Below are positions 59,824 to 64,000 of a stretch of DNA of 64,000 bases, one piece after another; within the stretch, counting starts at the first letter, position 1, and the number at the start of each line of letters is the position of its first letter. The position numbers and the translations under genes were made by a program. The notes under the pieces are model-generated. The model saw only the letters and a program-made list of their open reading frames with translations, was not told where the DNA came from and searched no databases. The DNA lies in NCBI GenBank assembly GCA_048213135.1, contig PS015010.1:806001-870000 (forward strand), written 5' to 3'. The stretch comes from Reclinomonas americana ATCC 50394 (taxonomy: Eukaryota).

Positions 59824-62800
59824 ATGCGGTTGAAGTTCAAAAGGATATACGTGCTGGTTGCCTGCCTTTTTCTATGGCCCTGCGTACAGGCGCAGGTTGG
59901 TTCCCCGCTCTCCAATATGCACCGCAAACTGGTCAGCACTAAGGCAAAGACCACCCGCCTCGATTCATTAAGTCTTATCCCCAATACCGTTGTAATAGAT
60001 GATGTACTCCCGTTCACGTACAAGGTCGATGAAGTAAATGCCACCATCACCTGGCTCACACAACCCGCCAGGGACAGCGTATGGATCACTTACCGCGTTT
60101 TTCCCTACCGGCTCAATGCTATGACACGGCGGCTCAATTACGACAGTATTAAGAACAACTTCCTCAGCAATCCCTTCACCTACCGGTACGATAACAAGGC
60201 CAATAACCCGCTCATGGACTTTGGTACGGTGAAGGCCGAGGGCAGCATCGGCCGGGGTATCGCATTCGGCAACAGCCAGGACGCGGTGGTCAACTCCAGT
60301 CTCAATATGCAGCTGAGCGGCTACATCGGCGACAGCCTGGAACTGACGGCTGCCATTACCGATAACAACATTCCCATTCAGCCCGACGGCAATACACAGG
60401 ACCTGCGTGACTTTGACCGCATCTTCCTGCAGGTGAAGAAAAAGAAATGGCAGGTGAACCTGGGTGATATCGATATCCGGCAGAGCCGCAACTATTTCCT
60501 CAACTTCTACAAACGGTTGCAGGGCATTTCCGTTATTGCCGACAGCCGTATTACTAAGAACATCAACAACTCCCTGCTGCTGAGCGGGGCCATTGCTAAA
60601 GGCAAATTCACCCGCAACATTCTGGAGCCCCTGGAAGGCAACCAGGGCCCTTACCGTTTGCGTAGCGCCAACGGGGAACTGTATTTCGTGATACTGGCCG
60701 GTACAGAAAGGGTATACATGGACGGTGAATTGCTGCAAAGGGGAGAGGACCAGGACTATGTAATCAACTACAATACAGCAGAACTAACGTTTACGCCTAA
60801 ACGACTGATCACGAAAGACAAACGAATACAAGTGGAATTTGAATACGCCGACCGGAATTTTCTCAATTCGCAGATCTATGTGAATGATGAGGTCAGTTTT
60901 AACAACCGGTTGTTTGTCAGCCTGGGTTTTTACAACAATTCCGACGCGAAAAATTCCAGCATCAACCAGGTGCTCGACACCAAACAAAAACAGTTCCTGG
61001 CCGGGGTAGGCGATGGTATTGATACGGCTTATTTCGTTAACGCGATCAAAGACACTTTTGCCGTTGGAAAAATATTATACAAGAAAAAAGATACGTTGTA
61101 CAACGGCACCATACACGATTCTATTTATATGCTGTCTGCTAACCCGCTGGACACCTTATACAACCTCGGTTTCACGTACCTGGGGCCGGGCAAGGGCGAT
61201 TATATGCCTTTGCTGAACGGAACCAATGGCAGAGCTTATTACTGGATACAACCCGATGCCAATAATGTAAAGCAGGGTGAATGGGCGCCGGTAACCCTGC
61301 TGGTGACACCCAAGCGCCAGCAAATGGTGACAGTCGCTGCGGAATACCTGGTCACCAAACATGCCCGTGTGAAAGCCGAAGTGGCCATGAGCCGCTATGA
61401 TATCAACCTGTTCTCCCGGCTCGATAAAAGCAATGACCAGGGCTTTGCCACCAGGCTGCAATTCCAGGGCGACAGTACCAAACTGCGCCTGCTTGGCCGG
61501 CCCATGCGTATGCAAACCCGCCTGGGGTACGAGTATGTGCAAAGCCGCTTTAAACCACTGGAAAGATTACGCAATATTGAATTCCTCCGCGACTGGAGCC
61601 TGCCCTATGATGTGGCGGCTGCCGATGAACACCTGGCCACCGGCGGTGTACAATTATCTGACCTGAAAGGCAACTACCTGCGCTACGAACTTACCAGTTA
61701 CAACCGGAGCGATAAATACAACGGCCTGCGGCAAACACTGGATCATTATACGATGATCCGCGGATGGAAACTTACCGACAGGGTGAGCTACACCACGGTA
61801 AGTGGCGCTGTGCAAAAAGGATATTTCCTTCGTCCTTATATCGACCTGAGCAAAGAATTGACGAAGTGGCGCAAAATGCAGCTGGGCTTCAATTACAGCA
61901 GTGAACACAACGAACTGAAAAATACGGTTGCCGATACACTGAACGCGACCAGTTTTGGGTTCAGTATCTTCCAGGTATACCTGAAATCAAACCAGGAGAA
62001 GCCCAATCGCTGGGGCGTATCTTACTTTACCCGCAGCGACCGCCTGCCGCAGGGATCTAAACTGCAGAAAGCCGACAGGAGCGATAACTACAACCTGTTT
62101 ACCGAGCTCACCAAAAGCGAGAAACACCAGTTGCGTTTGAACATCACTTACCGCAAACTGCATGTGCTCAACAGCGGCGTAAGCCTGCAAAAACCTGATG
62201 AAAGCCTTATCGGCAGGGTAGAATACGCGGTGAATGAATGGAGAGGATTTTTACAGGGCAACATCCTGTATGAGTTGGGCGCGGGACAGGAGCAGAAAAG
62301 GGAATACACTTTTGTTGAAGTACCTGCCGGGCAAGGGGAGTATACCTGGATCGATTACAACGGAAACGGTATTCCTGAACTGAATGAGTTTGAGATCGCC
62401 GTTTTCCAGGACCAGAAAAAGTACATCCGTGTATTTACACCCAGCAACCAGTATGTGAAAGCCAACTATGTACAGTTCAACTACAGTGTCGCCCTTTTCC
62501 CAAAGAGCCTGATGAAACCCGGACCACTGAAGGGTTTCCGCAAACTGCTGGCGAAGTCAAGTACCAGTTCGGCATTGCAGATCAATAAAAAAGATATTTC
62601 AACAGGTAAGTTTCAGTTCAACCCGTTTACCAAAAAATTGGTAGATACCACGCTTATTACGCTGAGTTCTTTTTTATCGAATACATTCTATTTCAACCGC
62701 AGTGATATCAAATGGGGCTTCGATATTACACACAGTCTTAACAATGGCAAGTCGCTGTTGTCGTATGGCTTTGAAAGCCGCAAACTGCGTACGTTGCAGG

Positions 62801-63321
62801 GAAAACTGCGCTGGAATATCAACCGCAACATCGCCACCAACCTCACAGTTCGGCAGGTGAGGAACGAACTCAATACCAGCGGCCCTAAATTTGATAACCG
62901 CAATTACCTGGTGATGCAGAATGTGATTGAGCCTTCGGTAAGTTATATCTACCGCTCTACCTTCATTGCCAGCCTGTCGTACAGTTTTGCTGATAAACGC
63001 AACCGGATTGATTCTATGGAAAAATCGGTGAGCCATGCGTTGTCGCTTGACGTTCGTTACAACATCTTATCCAGCAGCAGTGTGAATGCCCGGTTTACAT
63101 TGAACCGCATCAACTTCACTGCTTACCCCGGTGCCGCCAATACAACAGTGGGCTATATCCTGCTCGACGGGTTGCTGCCGGGCCAGAACTATTTATGGGG
63201 ACTGGAATATACCAAGCGGCTGGCTGGTAATATCGAAATGAGTATCCTCTATGAAGGAAGAAAACCCGGAGACACCAGGATCATACATGTGGGGAGAGCG
63301 AGTATAAGAGCTATCTTCTAA
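59824..63321 (+). CDS. Large hypothetical outer-membrane protein (probable beta-barrel)
   Basis: Signal peptide; alternating beta-strand pattern; C-terminal Phe (IRAIF). Confidence 0.75.
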   Translation: MRLKFKRIYVLVACLFLWPCVQAQVGSPLSNMHRKLVSTKAKTTRLDSLSLIPNTVVIDDVLPFTYKVDEVNATITWLTQPARDSVWITYRVFPYRLNAMTRRLNYDSIKNNFLSNPFTYRYDNKANNPLMDFGTVKAEGSIGRGIAFGNSQDAVVNSSLNMQLSGYIGDSLELTAAITDNNIPIQPDGNTQDLRDFDRIFLQVKKKKWQVNLGDIDIRQSRNYFLNFYKRLQGISVIADSRITKNINNSLLLSGAIAKGKFTRNILEPLEGNQGPYRLRSANGELYFVILAGTERVYMDGELLQRGEDQDYVINYNTAELTFTPKRLITKDKRIQVEFEYADRNFLNSQIYVNDEVSFNNRLFVSLGFYNNSDAKNSSINQVLDTKQKQFLAGVGDGIDTAYFVNAIKDTFAVGKILYKKKDTLYNGTIHDSIYMLSANPLDTLYNLGFTYLGPGKGDYMPLLNGTNGRAYYWIQPDANNVKQGEWAPVTLLVTPKRQQMVTVAAEYLVTKHARVKAEVAMSRYDINLFSRLDKSNDQGFATRLQFQGDSTKLRLLGRPMRMQTRLGYEYVQSRFKPLERLRNIEFLRDWSLPYDVAAADEHLATGGVQLSDLKGNYLRYELTSYNRSDKYNGLRQTLDHYTMIRGWKLTDRVSYTTVSGAVQKGYFLRPYIDLSKELTKWRKMQLGFNYSSEHNELKNTVADTLNATSFGFSIFQVYLKSNQEKPNRWGVSYFTRSDRLPQGSKLQKADRSDNYNLFTELTKSEKHQLRLNITYRKLHVLNSGVSLQKPDESLIGRVEYAVNEWRGFLQGNILYELGAGQEQKREYTFVEVPAGQGEYTWIDYNGNGIPELNEFEIAVFQDQKKYIRVFTPSNQYVKANYVQFNYSVALFPKSLMKPGPLKGFRKLLAKSSTSSALQINKKDISTGKFQFNPFTKKLVDTTLITLSSFLSNTFYFNRSDIKWGFDITHSLNNGKSLLSYGFESRKLRTLQGKLRWNINRNIATNLTVRQVRNELNTSGPKFDNRNYLVMQNVIEPSVSYIYRSTFIASLSYSFADKRNRIDSMEKSVSHALSLDVRYNILSSSSVNARFTLNRINFTAYPGAANTTVGYILLDGLLPGQNYLWGLEYTKRLAGNIEMSILYEGRKPGDTRIIHVGRASIRAIF

Positions 63322-63385
63322 AATTACGAATTACGGATGAGCATTACCATTCGTTCATTTTTCATTCTTTCCTTCCTTCATTCAA

Positions 63386-64000
63386 TTAACTGAACCATCC
63401 TCCCTTTTTCAAACTCCTTACACCTTCACCGATCTTGAACCCGTTGTTGTAGATCTCTATTTTGTATTCGCCAATGGTGAAGTCGGAAGCCTGCTTCCAG
63501 TCGAAGCTGAGCGTTTGCCGTTGTCCCTGTGTGTATTTGAAATCGATCTTTTGCGTAAAGATTTTTTCAACGCCCTCGCGGGTGCTGAACTTGCCTGAGC
63601 CCAGTTCCGGTGCGGAAACGGGATTACCATTGGGGCCGGTAATGCATACGTAAATATCTTTAGGGCCCGATTCCGCGATCCTGTTCTCATCTATATCAAA
63701 AGAGATGCGGAGTCTATCCACTCGTTTGGCCGTACTTGTTTCCTTACCCTTTTCATTGATACCCCGTATAGAGAAGTTGGAAGCGTGAAGGGTAGAGCCT
63801 ACATCCAGCAGGGCGTCCTTTACTTTGATCACGTTATTGGCAGAGTCGAAATCGCGGATCACTTTATCGCGTTGTTGTGTTACCAGTTCTTTCTCCTGTT
63901 TCAATACCAGTTTTTCTCCCTGCAGTGTTTCTATCTGTGTTTTGAATCCTTCTATATCGCCTTTGAGTGAACCAATAAGGCTGGCGGCTTCTTTCAGTTC
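63386..64000 (-). CDS. Coiled-coil hypothetical protein, 5' end outside the window
   Basis: Frame open to the window edge; heptad pattern followed by a beta-rich C-terminal domain. Confidence 0.75.
   Translation of the reverse strand, partial: ELKEAASLIGSLKGDIEGFKTQIETLQGEKLVLKQEKELVTQQRDKVIRDFDSANNVIKVKDALLDVGSTLHASNFSIRGINEKGKETSTAKRVDRLRISFDIDENRIAESGPKDIYVCITGPNGNPVSAPELGSGKFSTREGVEKIFTQKIDFKYTQGQRQTLSFDWKQASDFTIGEYKIEIYNNGFKIGEGVRSLKKGGWFS

Overview
A gene-dense chromosomal segment from a Bacteroidota organism, most likely Chitinophagaceae. Evidence: TAnnTTTG -7 promoter boxes, A-rich translation starts without clear Shine-Dalgarno sites, type IX secretion (T9SS) substrates with a PorP/SprF partner, and an sdhCAB operon. 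It holds about 56 CDS, mostly housekeeping: pruA, pyrR-pyrB-coaD, pyrE, hppA, nusB-yajC-coaE, groES-groEL, sdaA, smpB, accD-fbaA, a cystathionine beta-synthase-like gene, murQ and sdhCAB. Accessory genes include a 2107-aa repeat-containing T9SS type-B protein, a BlaI/M56 pair, an S74-chaperone fibre protein with a two-component system, and ORF6N, SET and four-helix-bundle genes. I found no rRNA, tRNA, CRISPR array, transposase or integrase. The most interesting signals are non-coding. (1) An apparently stand-alone ~400-nt minus-strand RNA (38756-39170) built from ~8 UCC-[insert]-UGAAAAACC modules; a second small RNA candidate (41881-42017) has related modules, and both lie downstream of a CGTA-N4-TACG-type box, which suggests a protein-sponge sRNA circuit. 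(2) A covarying palindrome present both inside and at the stop codon of the ORF6N gene. (3) Many degenerate 7-8-nt tandem arrays arranged as inverted pairs in spacers, one fused to a four-helix-bundle gene. (4) Several genes that appear leaderless. All family assignments come from motif recognition by eye; no searches were run.
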